Below, piece by piece: positions 13,088 through 26,912 of a stretch of DNA of 64,000 nucleotides; the first letter of the stretch is position 1; the number at the start of each line of letters is the position of its first letter. The translations under genes and the position numbers were made by a program. The notes below the pieces were generated by a model, which ran no database searches, was not told the origin of the DNA, and was given only the letters and a program-made list of their open reading frames with translations. Source of the stretch: Rhizophagus irregularis (Eukaryota); NCBI RefSeq assembly GCF_026210795.1, contig NC_089431.1, forward strand, positions 5,084,001 through 5,148,000, read 5' to 3'.

Positions 13088-14722
13088 ATGGCCGATAATA
13101 AACTTTTACCGAAATTATCACAAAATCTACTTGAAATTTTAGATGATAAAGAATATTATGATATCACAATTGAAGTTGGTAGTGACCCTTATGTGAAAGT
13201 ATTTCGTGCCCATATGGTTATTTTAGATTATCGTTCTCCTTATTTGCGTAGAATTTTATCAACTAATAAAAAGAAAAATGATGGAATTTTGACAAATATT
13301 AAATTACCAAATATTTCACCTGAAATTTTTCATGTATTATTAAGGTACGAAAGACTTAATATTTTTACTTTTTTTTCGCTAAAATATATATGTGTATATA
13401 TATATTTTTTTAATACATACGTTTAATATTTGTTCAGATATATTTATGGAGGAAGTCTTTCTTTAGAAGAATATGATATTTCAGATCTCATTAAAATCTT
13501 GGTTACTGCTAACGAACTTAGCCTTCAAGAGTTAATTCATTATATAGAATCTTTTTTAATTAAAAACAAAACAAACTGGATGGAACAAAATTTTGAATTA
13601 ATATATCAGACAAGCTTTGAAACCGATTCTTTCCCAGAACTACAAAAATATTGTACTGATTTAATTTCCAAGGAACCAGATAAGATATTTAATTCTCCAA
13701 ATTTTTCTACAATTCCAGAAAGACTTCTAATTACGCTTGTTCAAAAAGATAATCTTCAAATGAAAGAAATTCAAGTATGGGAGCATGTAATTAAATGGGG
13801 ACTCGCTCAAAACCCGGAACTCCCTTCTGATCCTACAAGCTTTTCAAAAGATGATTTCAATACTTTAAAACATACTTTACAACAATGTCTTTCTTTTATC
13901 AGATTCCATGATTTAAATCCAAAAGAATTTTCAAAAAAAGTATTACCTTATAAGAGAATTTTCCCAAAGGAATTATATAAAGAATTATTAGATTATTTTT
14001 TAGATGATGACAGCAAGGAAACATTACCTCGTATATCTAATTTAAAACAAACATCTACAGTAGATGATATTCGTAGAGTTACAAATAGTGATAAAAAGCC
14101 ACAAGAAGATATATCAATGGAATCAGGTACATTTACAAAACTTGATGAGAATAAGCAAAATGTTTCAACTAACAATATTAAAAATATTGATTCAAAAATA
14201 ATTACATTTCAACATGCTGATATTATTTCAAAATGGATTAATAGATTAAAAAGTACAGACAAGCCAACTACTTCATATGAATTCAAATTATTATATCGTG
14301 ATTCTCGTGATTGGTCTAGTGGATTTCTTAACAGGTTTAAAAAGTTCCATGAAATTTGTCTAAATCAACCTCATACTGTAACAGTTGTTAAAGTTGAAGG
14401 TAGTAATGAAATTCTTGGAGGATATAATCCGATTGGATGGAAATTTGATGGTGATTATGGTGTTACTAAGGATAGCTTTATATTCTCCTTTAATAATCAT
14501 AACGTTGAAAATTACATTTTAAGCCGTGTAAAGAATGAAAAGGAGGCTATAAGGAAGATTCTCTATTTAAGTCAAGGTCCATCATTTGGTGACCTGTACT
14601 TATTCCAAAGTGCTAGCAATCAATTAAAAATCAGTTGTAAAAATACAACTTATGAAAAACCGATCAGTAGAATTAACGATTCAATCATTTTAGAATTTGA
14701 ATTATTTAAAATTGATATTTAA
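13088..14722 (+). CDS. BTB/POZ-BACK-TLDc protein, copy 4 (intact, long linker)
   Basis: ATG at 13088; exons 13088..13344 and 13438..14722; intron 13345..13437 is GT..AG. Confidence 0.92.
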
Positions 14723-15339
14723 ATAGAGAGTGAAATGTTTTGTTGATTTTGTTATAAATAGAGAGAATTCCAAATATTTTATAATATAAAAATAAATAAA
14801 TGTTTGTTTTAAGTCATCTTGATAATAATCTGGCCAATCGCCGCATTACTAGTAGTATATCGAATTTCTTAATTTGTCTGTAAATCATAAAAAAAATTTA
14901 ATAACTAAAAATTTACTTATTTATCCCGGCAAAAAAAAAAAATTTTTTATTTATTTTGTATATATAGAGGAATAAATGCAAATGATACAATCTTAAGTGT
15001 CAAATGTATCAGTTGCGTAAGTCGAAGAATATAAACATGACAAAGATGTTAAATTGGTCCTGGGATCAAAGTCTTTGCAGTCCTACTACATGCAAAAAGA
15101 CCGGACTAAAAAGACGCAGTAATGGAAAAAGTCGGGGTTGAGCGACTTAAGTCTTAAGTCGGTTCGTTTCATTCGATTTGATACATCGGTTCCAAATCGT
15201 ACTGACTCGGATCTGGACTGAAGTGACAAAATGGAACCAAACACAAAGTTACAGTCACGTGATATTTGATTGTACTACAAGCAACCCTCCTATTCATTAA
15301 TAACTTGCCGATAAAAATTTGTATTACGAATATCTTTTT

Positions 15340-16460
15340 TTTTTTAAATTAATAACGCGTTTATTTATTTATTAATCATTTTACAGAAAAGATTACATAA
15401 ATATCAAAACACTTAGAAGGCAAATTAATTTACTCTCTATAACTAAAGTATTCGAAAAAATAATATCTACTAATATCTATCTAATCTAATTTAGAAAAAA
15501 AAACTAAACTAATTTTATAGTTAAATTCCAATTTTTCGTATCTTTTCCTTCTGTGAACCTACTAATTATTTTATTTTTCGTTACTAATTTAATATTTTGT
15601 TCTCTATTTTTGTATTTTTCACTAATTTTTAATTTTTTTCTTTGATTTTCTATACTTTATCTTCGCACTTCATATCCCAATCTATAAATTTTCTAACTTT
15701 TATCTGATTTTTTAATACCTAAACTCTGTTCTATCTCATTGACTTCATTACACTTTTTGTTCCAAAACTCGTTCTTTAACGCATTAAAACAAAAAATCCA
15801 AAGCTCGTTATTAATAACTTCTTTCTCGTCTTTAGTATCTTTTGATAACGTATTAAATTTCCGATTATAAACTCCTCTAATAAATTCCCAATATTTCTCT
15901 TTTCCAAGTAAAACTTATGATTTTTCGTATAAAATCTTTTAAAAACTAAAATTTATGTTTTGTAAAAATTTGATTTTTTCATGCTTTTCTTCCTTCAATA
16001 AACTTTCTTCAAGATTACTAATCAAAAGTTCCAAAACTTTTTTTATCGTTAATTTTTATATAACACTTCATACGTTGGTAAATCCTTTAAAAAATTTTTA
16101 ATTTTCTATGAACGCCCCATACATCATCTTTCTCAATTTCCCATGATGTATAATTATTTCTATTACTAATAAACTGTAATGTTTTATTCCAATCGAATTC
16201 GTCCTTATAATTATAATAAAAGAGATCTTCCACCTTACTACTATTAAGCATTTCATTTTTCCAAATTAATTCAGAACACTTTTTACGCCACGCTCTAAGG
16301 CTCTAAGCCCTCCTGAAATTAAAATTTTCTTCCAATAAAGATTAAATTCATCAAAAGACATTGCCTCATCTATAATATTCATCTTATACGCCTTAGAATC
16401 CATCATCGCTTTATTATTTACTAATTCCTCTCTTAACTTTAGCCTTATTTTATCTATGTA
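15340..16460 (-). mobile_element. Decayed 3' portion of a non-LTR retrotransposon (LINE) ORF
   Basis: Minus-strand peptides AWRKKCSELIWKNEMLNSSKVEDLFYYNYKDEFDWNKTLQF and ELWIFCFNALKNEFWNKKCNEVNEIEQSLGIKK resemble the post-RNase H C-terminus of fungal LINEs. The reading is interrupted, and a (TAAA)n-like tract lies near 15360-15372. Confidence 0.55.
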
Positions 16461-17071
16461 TTACGAATATTAAATATATAGATAATCTTTTTTTATTCAA
16501 TATACACATATATAAATATATATCGACTGCAATAAAAATATTCCCATTATATTGACTCATTTTAATACCCAACAATTTTCATCATTTCTTTATTTTAATA
16601 AGTCACGAACAAATATCTAATAAACAGTAAAAAGCGAAAATCTTTAAAACAAAATGACAATTTATCAATAATAGAACTTGATAAGTTAAAGCAAATCATT
16701 ACTGAAAAGATACGTGTTAATGATCATATGTTTTTATGAAATTTGAAAAAAAGGATCAAGATGGTGACAATTCACAAAATAATAATAAATATAATTTATG
16801 CTTATATATTTATTATATTATTGAGCACGTAATACTGCATTATTTTAACGAACTTTTTATCAAATTAAAAAATTTATATTTATCCCGATTTAAAAAATCA
16901 TATATTTATTTTAGTTTTTATAAACGGACAACTTACGTAGTCTACGTCAAATGTATCAAATTCATAAGTCGAAGGATATCAATCTAAAGATTAACCAGTT
17001 AATTTAACGATTGATATATAATTTATAAGGTCGGAAATTGTACTGGCTTAGATATTAAGTTGCAAAGATCG

Positions 17072-17688
17072 TTTTAAAAAGAGTATATCTTTACTGAGTC
17101 CGGTCCGATGATCTTTCTGAGTCCAGTCATGTCAATTTTTAGCACAGTCATATGAATTTTGATGCAGACCGAATTTAAACTTTGATCAGACTTCGCTACC
17201 ATCGGACTGAGTTAACTGTGCTAAGTCCTGTGATTTTGATCAATCGGACCGAACTAATTCTACATGACCGATCTACATTTTATCTTTTTATTAATTGTGG
17301 ATTTAAATAAACATTTTTTATACAATAAAATGTTTAAAAACTTGTAACAAAAATTAATTGCATCTTAATTTATTGAAATAAAAGGTTCTTAGAAATTTAT
17401 ATATATTCTATCATCTACTAAAACCATTATCTCATTAAATATTTAATAGTAAAAAAAAAAATTTTTTTCATAATAACTCATTATAAAGCGAAACAGCAAA
17501 AAAAAATAAAGATCGTGTAGATCAAGCTTTATAATCAATCAATCGGACCCAAGTAATTTTAAGCGAATTACTGGACCGTGTGGTCTAATGATCCGGACCC
17601 AAATTCACATGACTGTGCTAAAAATTGACGTGACTGGACTCAGAAGGATCATCAGACCGGACACCATAAGGCATAACCTTCTTAAAAA
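17072..17688. mobile_element. MITE with long inverted repeats, inserted in the upstream region of copy 5
   Basis: 17098..17159 is the reverse complement of 17601..17662 with about 4 mismatches. Flanks on both sides match the uninterrupted upstream region of copy 4 (about 12800-13015). Confidence 0.8.
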
Positions 17689-17826
17689 TGTTTAGTTTGT
17701 GGAACTGTTGCACATCTCTGACCTGCATTAAATTACTATAAGGAGGTAATTTTAACCGGTCGACGGTTTATGTTAAAAAAGAAAGGTTGAACAAATTTTT
17801 TCATCCTTTTTCTTTCAAAGATTATA

Positions 17827-19458
17827 ATGGCTGATAATAAATTTTTACCGAGATTATCACAAAATTTACTCGAAATTTTGGATGATAAAGAATATTATGA
17901 TATTACAATTGAAGTTGGTAGTGACACTTATGTGAAAGTATTTCATGCCCATATGGTTATTTTGAATTATCGTTCTCCTTATTTGCGTAGAATTTTATCA
18001 ACTAACAAAAAGAAAAATGATGGAATATTGACACATATTAAATTACCAAATGTTTCACCTGATTTTTTTCATGTATTATTAAGGTACAAGAGTTTATATT
18101 CTTATTCTTTTGCGTAAAAGTATGTGTATTTTTAATTTACAAACATTTGATTTTTTTTTTTCAGATATGTTTATGGGGGAAGACTTTCTTTAGAAGAATA
18201 TGATATTTCAGATATCATTAAAATCTTGGTTACTGCTAATGAACTTAGCCTTCAAGAGTTAACTCCTTATATAGAATCTTTTTTAATTAAATATAAAACA
18301 AACTGGTTGGAACAAAATTTTGAATTAATATATCAAACAAGTTTCGAAACCGATTCTTTTCCAGAACTTCGAAAATATTGTACTAATTTAATTTCTAAAG
18401 AACCAGACAAGATATTTAATTCTCCAAATTTTTCTTCAATTCCAGAAAGACTTTTAATCACACTCATCCAAAAAGATGAACTTCAAATGAAAGAAATTCA
18501 AGTATGGGAGCATGTAATTAAATGGGGACTCGCTCAAAACCCGGAACTCCCTTCTGATCCTACAAGCTTTTCAAAAGATGATTTCAATACTTTAAAACAT
18601 ACTTTACATCATTGTATTCCTTTTATTAGATTTCGCAATATAACTTCGAGGGAATTTTTGAAGAAAGTAAAATCTTATAAAAAAATTTTACCAAAGGAAT
18701 TATATAATGATTTATTAGAATATTTTTTGGATAATGACAGCGAGGAATCATTACCTCGTATATCTATTTTAAAACAAAAATCTACATTGGATATTTCTAG
18801 AGTTACAAATAGTGATAAGGAGTCGCAAGAAAATGTGCCAACAGAGCGATTAATGGGATATGATAATATTTTATTAAATAAACAGAAAGTTTTAACTAAC
18901 AGTATTAAAAATATTGATTCTAAGATAATTACATTCCAACATACTGAAATAATTTCAAAATGGATTGATAGATTAGAAATTACAGACAAATTAACAAATT
19001 TATATGAATTCAAATTATTATATCGTCATTCTCGTGATAGGTCTAGTGGAATTTTGAACAGGTTTAAAAAGTTCCATGAAATTTGTGTAAATCAACCTCA
19101 TACTGTAACATTTGCTAAAGTTGAAGGTAGTAACGAAATTCTTGGAGGATATAATCCGATTGGATGGGAATTTGGTAGTGGTTATGATGTTACTAAGGAT
19201 AGCTTTATATTCTCCTTTAATAATTATTATAGTGTTGAAAATTACATTTTAAGTCGCGTAAAGAATGAAAAGGAAGCTATAAGTAAGATTTCCTCTTTAA
19301 ATCAAGGTCCATCATTTGGTGGTGACTTTACCTTATTCCGAAGTTTTGGGAATAAATTAGAATTCTATTGTAAAAATACAAATTATGAAAAACCGATCAG
19401 TAAAATTAGTAGTGGATCAACCATTTTAGAATTTGAATTATTTAAAATTGATATTTAA
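17827..19458 (+). CDS. BTB/POZ-BACK-TLDc protein, copy 5 (intact; tandem duplicate of copy 4)
   Basis: Exons 17827..18083 and 18165..19458, spliced in frame. Shares the long linker, the C-terminus LEFELFKIDI and the 3' flank with copy 4. Confidence 0.92.
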
Positions 19459-20769
19459 ATAGAGAGTAAAATGTTTTGTTGATTTTTTGTCATAGATAGA
19501 AAAAATTCCGAATATTTTATAGTAAAAAATAAAAAATGTTTTATGACATCCTGATAGATAATTAGATAATTTGTTTTGAGGTTGGCCATTGTACTGAATT
19601 TCAAATTATGTAAAATTTTGGGAAAATAAGTTTTACGAGGAATTGCATCCTATATAAATTACAGTGCTTTATTATTCGTATTGACTTATAATAAACTATA
19701 TATTCATATCTATTTTCAATAATTAAATTATTTTATACGTATTAATTAGAGTTTCTATTTCCTAGCTTCTCCATTAATAATATTACAATTGACTTTTTTC
19801 CAAATAAGCAAAAAATAACGCTGCGTCAACCAATATCCTAACTCTAATCTGACTTTAGTAAATATCATCGCGTACTATCATCATGTACTAAACTTCACTG
19901 TTAATTATTATTCTTATAATTTCCTAAATGATGATACTTTCAATTACTATACAGTACTAATTTTACCAATCCTATAGGAGATACTGAGGAATCATTAAAA
20001 AAAGCTTGGTTAAAGGCTAGAGAAAAGGCGAGGGAGTTAAAAGACAGGTATCATAAGACTACAAAAGTATATATTCGATGTTCTTACATCGAGAAATTAA
20101 ATAAACAGAATAAATAAATTAAATTCAACATGAAGTCTTAAATAATTTGATGCATCCAGTCTAAGAATAAATTCACGTGTGTAGGGGAACTCATTAAACG
20201 TAAATAATTTATAATAATCATAGGGAATATTTTTAAATATTCTCCATAGTAGTTAGTCACTTTACTGAAATTGATGAAATCTGGTTTAGCAACTAATATT
20301 AAGAATACCTTTTTATCGAAACCAATAAATTTAATAAAAGTATAAATTAGTCAAATATATTAATAATATTTCCAAATATTTATTATTTATTATGTTGTGT
20401 AACATAAGTAATCACATGATCACATGACCTCGAAAAATTTGATTTTTTAATTCTTTTTTGTTATATCCTTTACAACTTTTTCCATAATTCTGATTCCCCT
20501 TAAGATGGAATTTTCACTCTTTGGTCGATCACTTTTTGTGTTTTGTCTATCTTTTCGGTAAAAGTCGAAAATTTATTCCCATTCTTTACATTCTTTATTC
20601 TTTATTCCTTTTACTCGAAGATACATTTAATCACGTGATTATTAATAATATGGACTATAGATAAAATTAAGTAATTTAAAAAATTGATATACTTTGAAGA
20701 AGAAAGTCCTAACACATATTTTTATCTTTAAAGGAATTTTTACAAATAAAACCACTCCGTCCACCCTAG

Positions 20770-20930
20770 AATCTAAAGGCTATATTGAATTAATGGAAGA
20801 ATGCTGACATTCTGATCCAGGTATAAGACAACAGCTCGTGATATATGTAGTAGAATCACGGAAATGTTTTGGAAGGAACGTGAACGTGATAATAGCAAAA
20901 AATCCTATAAAATCATCGGTTATTGGAATA
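20770..20930 (+). pseudogene. Decayed TKL kinase C-lobe fragment
   Basis: KGYIELMEEC*HSDP and ataaaatcatcggttattgga match GYIKLMEECWHTD...IIKSSDIG of the two kinases in this window. Confidence 0.75.
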
Positions 20931-22082
20931 TGATTTAATAAAAATCTTGTGTATATCTTTTTAAATAAATTTCTTACATATTTATTACAAGAAAAATAAT
21001 ATGTCTACACTCTACAACTCAGGTTTAAGTAGCACATAAATACACTATAACTTTTTAACAGCATCTTCCTTTAGATAAAAATAAATTCCTTAATGTGAAA
21101 TCTTCTTTACCCTAAAAAATACACGTAAAATAATGAAAAATCTATATTTAGACTCTTTACTGATTATGTATGAAAGCATAATTATGATTTTCCACTTAGA
21201 AAAAATGTTAAAATTAAGGTATTTACATTATTAACAAATGCGTGCATATCACAAAATTTTAATACTGAAGAAAATGTTATATTAACTTATCAGAATATAT
21301 TGACTATATGGAAATATCGTAATTTCTCCATAAAATATCATATAATTAAAATTTTCTTAGTTTTAAAAAAAAAAGTAAGTTTACGATGATCAACTTTTTA
21401 CAGCTTGTCCAGCACAGGTATTACAAGAAGCTTTGCCGTGTGATGATATGGTCATTGTCAATCGAGGCTTAAGGCTGGGTAAAAACAATTACTGATATAG
21501 GTTTTTGTTTAAGAATTCCAAAATAATACTCGGTAAATACAAATCTGCCCCCGTCGACCTCCTAATTTTTTTTTCTATTATTCTTATATTCTAGATTCTA
21601 AATCATTAATTATATTAACATGATGTTTAGAGAATATAATTTTTCTAAATGATATATTTACACCTGATACTACTCAAGAAGATAATACAGTAAATTTGAA
21701 ATCCTATAAAGGATGAAGTTCTTATGATGATTAATATTGAATTTTGCGTATTTTTATGATAACGAATTAAAATTATTTAAAGAAATTGTTTATGGAAATA
21801 GCATTAGATTATTATTATTTTATAATAATATTATCAATTTACTGACGTTCACGCAATTATGAATTTGATAACAAATTTAATAAATTGATGAATAATTGAA
21901 TTTTTAATTAATAAAATTTTAAATTAACTGGTTTTTAAAACCATCATAAGCATGTAATTTTATTATATTGTATTTAACAAATAAATTTCATTATTTTTAT
22001 TTTATAAAATAAAATAATTTTGTGAAAAGATTTAACGAAAAATAATAATTAGTACTACTTCAGGTATAATTTTTTTTAAAAA

Positions 22083-22828
22083 AAGATTAGTTACAAAAAT
22101 AACTAAGTAAAATTCTGTTCAGGCTGTAACCTTGGGCGGATACTCTGCAGCGCGCACTATCTTCCATTTGCCATTTCTGACCCGTTACCAATAATTCTTA
22201 TATCAAAACTATCAGCAGGGGATCCATTCCCATAAGTGGTGTTTATGACGACCATGTTTGCAAAACCATTACGGATTTCCTTCCTTGAGCATTCCCTATA
22301 TCAAAAAACTAAGATTAGTTACAAAATAACTAAGTAAAGATTCCGTTCAAACTGTAACCTTAGATGCAACTGGGCGGATTCCACCCGGTCGTAAACCCTA
22401 CAGTGCGCACCATCCCTTCATACTTACCATATATAGTGGCCTCTCTAATATTTTTGGCAGAACTACTTCCATTTATCATTTCTCCTTGAGCATTCCCTAT
22501 ATCAAAAAATTGAGATTAGTTACAAAATAACTAAGTAAAGATCCCGTTCAAGCTGTAACCTTGGATGCAACTGGGCGGATACCACCCGGTCGTAAACCCT
22601 ACAGTGCGCACCAACCCTTCATACTTACCATATATAGTGGCCTCTCTAATATTTTTGGCAGAACTACTTCCATTTATCATTCTATTCCTTATATCAAAAA
22701 ATTAAGATTAGTTACAAAATAACTAAGTAAAGATTCCGTTCAGGCTGTAACCTTGGATGCAACTGAGCGGATACCACCCGGTCGTAAACCCTACAGTGCG
22801 CAACATCCCTTTATACTTACCATATATA
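22083..22828. repeat. Tandem repeat of about 200-bp units (about 4 copies) with exon/intron architecture on the minus strand
   Basis: The unit start agattagttacaaaataactaagtaaa recurs near 22083, 22311, 22512 and 22704; units 2-4 are nearly identical. Confidence 0.9.
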
Positions 22829-22893
22829 ACTTAGAAATGATTTCTTCCTATGATGTCTGGTCATAAGATATAGATAAGATATGGATATTAAGA

Positions 22894-23010
22894 AATATTA
22901 AAAATAAAAATTTTTTTAGATAAGATATTAATAAGATATAAATAAGATAAATATTAAAAATAAAAATTTTTTTAGATAAGATATTAATAAGATATAAATA
23001 AGATATAAAT
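22894..23010. repeat. 56-bp tandem repeat (2 copies), AGATA-rich
   Basis: aatattaaaaataaaaatttttttagataagatattaataagatataaataagata occurs at 22894 and 22950. Confidence 0.85.
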
Positions 23011-26000
23011 ATTAAGAAATATCAAACTGTAGATATTAAAAAAATAAATTTAACGATGAAGCTATCTATCAGATTTTGTCCTCTTTTATATTATTTTTCT
23101 CATCATGTGATATGAGTCTAATGATATAAAAATAAAAATGTAACCATGACTGTAGCTATAATAGTTTTCGATTCAAGATTATTCACACCAATACATCAAT
23201 ATGTCAATTCAAGTCATACTACCTATACATTTAGTAGAATAACTAATAATGTATAATTACGGCTTGTAATATGTAATCAATATAATTTACTCTGACAAAA
23301 ACTGTGCCATTTAGATTCAGAACTTTAATTTGATGTCTAATTTTAAGTCATAATGATATGACTTTAACTTTTAATAGTATGACTAATATATATGTAGCTA
23401 TTACTTTATATTATGTTATTGTACAAAAGTATGAGTAAGGCCAATTATTCATAAAACTATAATTCCTCATGCATGATCCATAATTAAAAGTTTCTTTTGA
23501 CAATATATTATTCAGTTATTGTCATTTATCAGTCTGATCAATAATTTTAACTGTCAATGATATAATTTTAATAATATTCTATTTACTATCACTTATTTGA
23601 AAAATGAGTGATGATCATTCTCCCGATAAGCCTCAGACATTTCTAGTTTTTTTTAGTTTAGGATAAATCCTATGACATTCGAAACAAAAATAATTTTTTA
23701 TTTTATTTTTTTATTTTTAACAGTACGACAGAAACTAGTAGTAGATACAAATAGAACTAAGCTAAATTATTTCTAATAATGTAGAAAATCTCTATTAACC
23801 ATAACTGGGTATTCCTTTCTTTAATAGAAGCGATCTCATCCCTCATATAAATATTATAAGGGTTTAGTTTTCTTCTAGTTTTTCTTCTCGATCTTTTCGA
23901 TGATTTACCTTGACAATAAAATTTCTTTACTGATCTTTCTAAAAATACATGGAGTATTTTCTTTCTTTGGATACACTGAGTAGCAACACCACGCGTTTAA
24001 TTTTGGCATACAATGGCACACCAGTATTAGGAAGAATATAAAGGTTACCCGAGTTTCCAGCCCTAACTAAACTCATCTTAATCTGTGATATATGTGCACT
24101 TTCCACTTACTTCGTAATCCTTCATATACATATTCTTTTTTTCTATAATTGATCTGTAAATTGATATATTTTTTGAATTTATTATTTATTTTGGAATATG
24201 GGATTTTGGCCAAAATGTTGTTCTTTTTATATTTAATTTGATGATAATAAAGTAAGTAATGAATAATTTTTTTTAAGTATGAAACATTAATATTTTCCAA
24301 TAAGAGTATCAAATCAATTATATATTTAATTATAGAACTATATATTAAAGTACTAAATTTATCAATATTATTTTCAAGAAAAAATTTAAATTAATATATA
24401 AAATTTGTTTCAAATTTTAATAAGACGAATATTAATATTCTTATTTAATAAAATCTTACAATAATGTACTCGTTCCACATTTGTAATCCTTAAAAATAAA
24501 AAATAAAATATACAATATGGAAAGTATATACTGTATATACTACAGAAGTAAATCATGTACACCAAGGAGAAGAAAATTCATCATGTATTTTGGAAAGGTA
24601 TTTTGTAAAGGTCAGTAAAAAAATTTTATCGGAGAGATAAATATAGAAAACAACTTAACACCTAGAACTTCAAAAAAAGGAAACGTTATATAACGTTCCT
24701 TATAAAAGAAAAATAGAAGTTTCAGTAGTTACACTCTCGTTGTCCAATCAAAGGTTACCCAATCAAAGGAGGTCTATAAAAACAGTACAAGTTTTTCAAA
24801 AATATTTCAGTAATGATCTTGAAGCTAAAATTCTAATATACACAATTTATAAGCTTCAAGTTTTCCGAAAACCTACCATAATAATTTTGGAGCCAGAGCC
24901 CTATAGAAAAAAATAAAAAAAATTTCAAAGATTTTTCAAATATGGTTTGTTCGCGAGTGTTTGTGTTTCACTCCAGGAAACCACATAATGAATTCAATAG
25001 TACATTATGAAATGGGTTCCTTGATCGGTCAATAGTTCTTTTGGATCAGGTGATAGCAGATGACCGAAAACCTATCTGGGATTCCGGTCCAGAAAAGAAA
25101 AAACAATTAATAAAAAAAGCCGAATTTTTTTTTAAATATTCGAAAGTGAAAACTTACCTGCGATTCATGAAACAGTCTTGGAGTTGGAGTCCTATAAGAA
25201 AAAAATTAGTAAAAAAGCTTTCTATTTTATTTATTTATTTATTTATTTATTTTATGTGAAGTCGGATAGACATTTAATCAGGATATATACCCTCGAAAGG
25301 GAATTGATCCTACTTCTTGCTATCATCTATCTAAGACAGACCCCGAACTTCTTGGTAACCAGAAGACTCCTGTGCTACGACCAACATAGGAGCGTTACAA
25401 TATGATAAAAAAAATGAACAACAAAGACTATATACATGTGTATCTAATAAAGAAGTTGTGGCGAACTACACAATATAAATGGAATAATTAAGAAGACTTC
25501 TATAAGACAAATTATCTACATATTGTACACCATCTAGATGCGTAAAAAAAGCACCGCTATGTAAAAAATTAGAAGATGAAAATAAAATAAATAGAAAATC
25601 TTTATCTAATTTGAAATTTCTAAAATCATTAAAAGGATTAATATATCCACGCTCACGATCATTCGGTATAGGAGGATCAGTACGTCTGACAGCTGCTAGT
25701 GTTCTCAACTCGGTAAGAAAAGTCTCTCGGTATTTAATAAAATGTTTTTTTGTAAGGCCCCAGTCTGATCTAATAGTTTTCCAAATATTATTACGAACTT
25801 TCCATATATCTAATTTAATTTGGAGGCTGCAAGAATGCATATATGGCAACAAAAATTTCAAAATAATTTTCATGGATTTAAAATGCGATCAAAATATGCC
25901 TACTAAGTCATTGGATCTTTGATTAAAAGGGGAAAGTTACGATTTAAGACGTCCAATGTAGGTAGAGAGAGTGTGGAACACTGAATTTTCCATTTGAGGT

Positions 26001-26056
26001 CCTTGGTATGTTTAATGGATGTGGTATCGTTGCGTCCATTATAATGAAACCATTTA

Positions 26057-26578
26057 CAGTCGCCACTGGATATAACGAACCTGCCGTTCCAAGCGTTTTG
26101 GTTCAGTATATGGTGAATTCGATATATGATATTCATATTATATACCGAACTGTTCGGTATATGAATTTTATCCAATTAAATTATAGCAGCATATACTGTA
26201 ATATTTAAAGTTCAGATGATTACATGACTTACTATAACAGATAACACTATGTTTTATTTAAAATTTATGTGTTCATCGATTTTTTAAGTATTTACCAGCT
26301 ATTCAAATGAAAATTTTATCTGATACTAGCAGAAATAATTTTTCCGGTAGTCCATTCTTTTATATTACTAATTAAAGTCACATGATAGTTCGGTATACTA
26401 AATATGTAACTGATATACTTGGGCTGGCTAAAATAAGTTCGGATGCGGTATATAGTAATTTATTATGTGATTTCGTTATATCCAGTGCAATTAATTATAA
26501 AAAAATCGGTTCTGTGAAACTTGGTTCAATACAACAAGTTTTCGGTACAAACAGGTTCGTTATAACCAGTGGCGACTG
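26057..26578. mobile_element. pogo/Tc1-mariner-type MITE nested in the LINE
   Basis: 27-bp TIR cagtcgccactgg(a/t)tataacgaacctg (26/27 match) with TA on both sides. Removing it restores IDWSLSSKWFHYNG in the LINE frame. Confidence 0.92.
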
Positions 26579-26912
26579 TACTGGAGAGCGACCAGTCAAT
26601 TAAAGAATCCTTTGTACTTTTTTTAATAAATTTCAACGAAGGGTGGTTGAGGTGCAAATCTAGCCTTCGATAATTGAGAATGGTACTAATACATTTACAA
26701 ATGTCTTTATCTATAGGAATTTCATTGTTCCATTTGAGTGTAACAGCTTGGTTAGATAGGTGATCATATAAAATCCCAGTAGGTATAGGTTGTAAATGAC
26801 CTAATTTGGCTTGTACGTCTGCTGCATCATTAAATATGTTGCCAGAATGTGCTTTCACCTTAATTAATTTGACCGTTAAATTGAGTGTTTTAATGATATG
26901 ATGGATAGCGGA

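Noticed and set aside
13993..19013. Antisense ORFs inside BTB copies 4 and 5, and similar ones in the kinases and the LINE
   Set aside because: They are shadow frames of real coding sequence on the opposite strand.
22083..22828. CRISPR-like array
   Set aside because: Whole units of about 200 bp are repeated with no unique spacers, the context is eukaryotic, and no cas genes are present.
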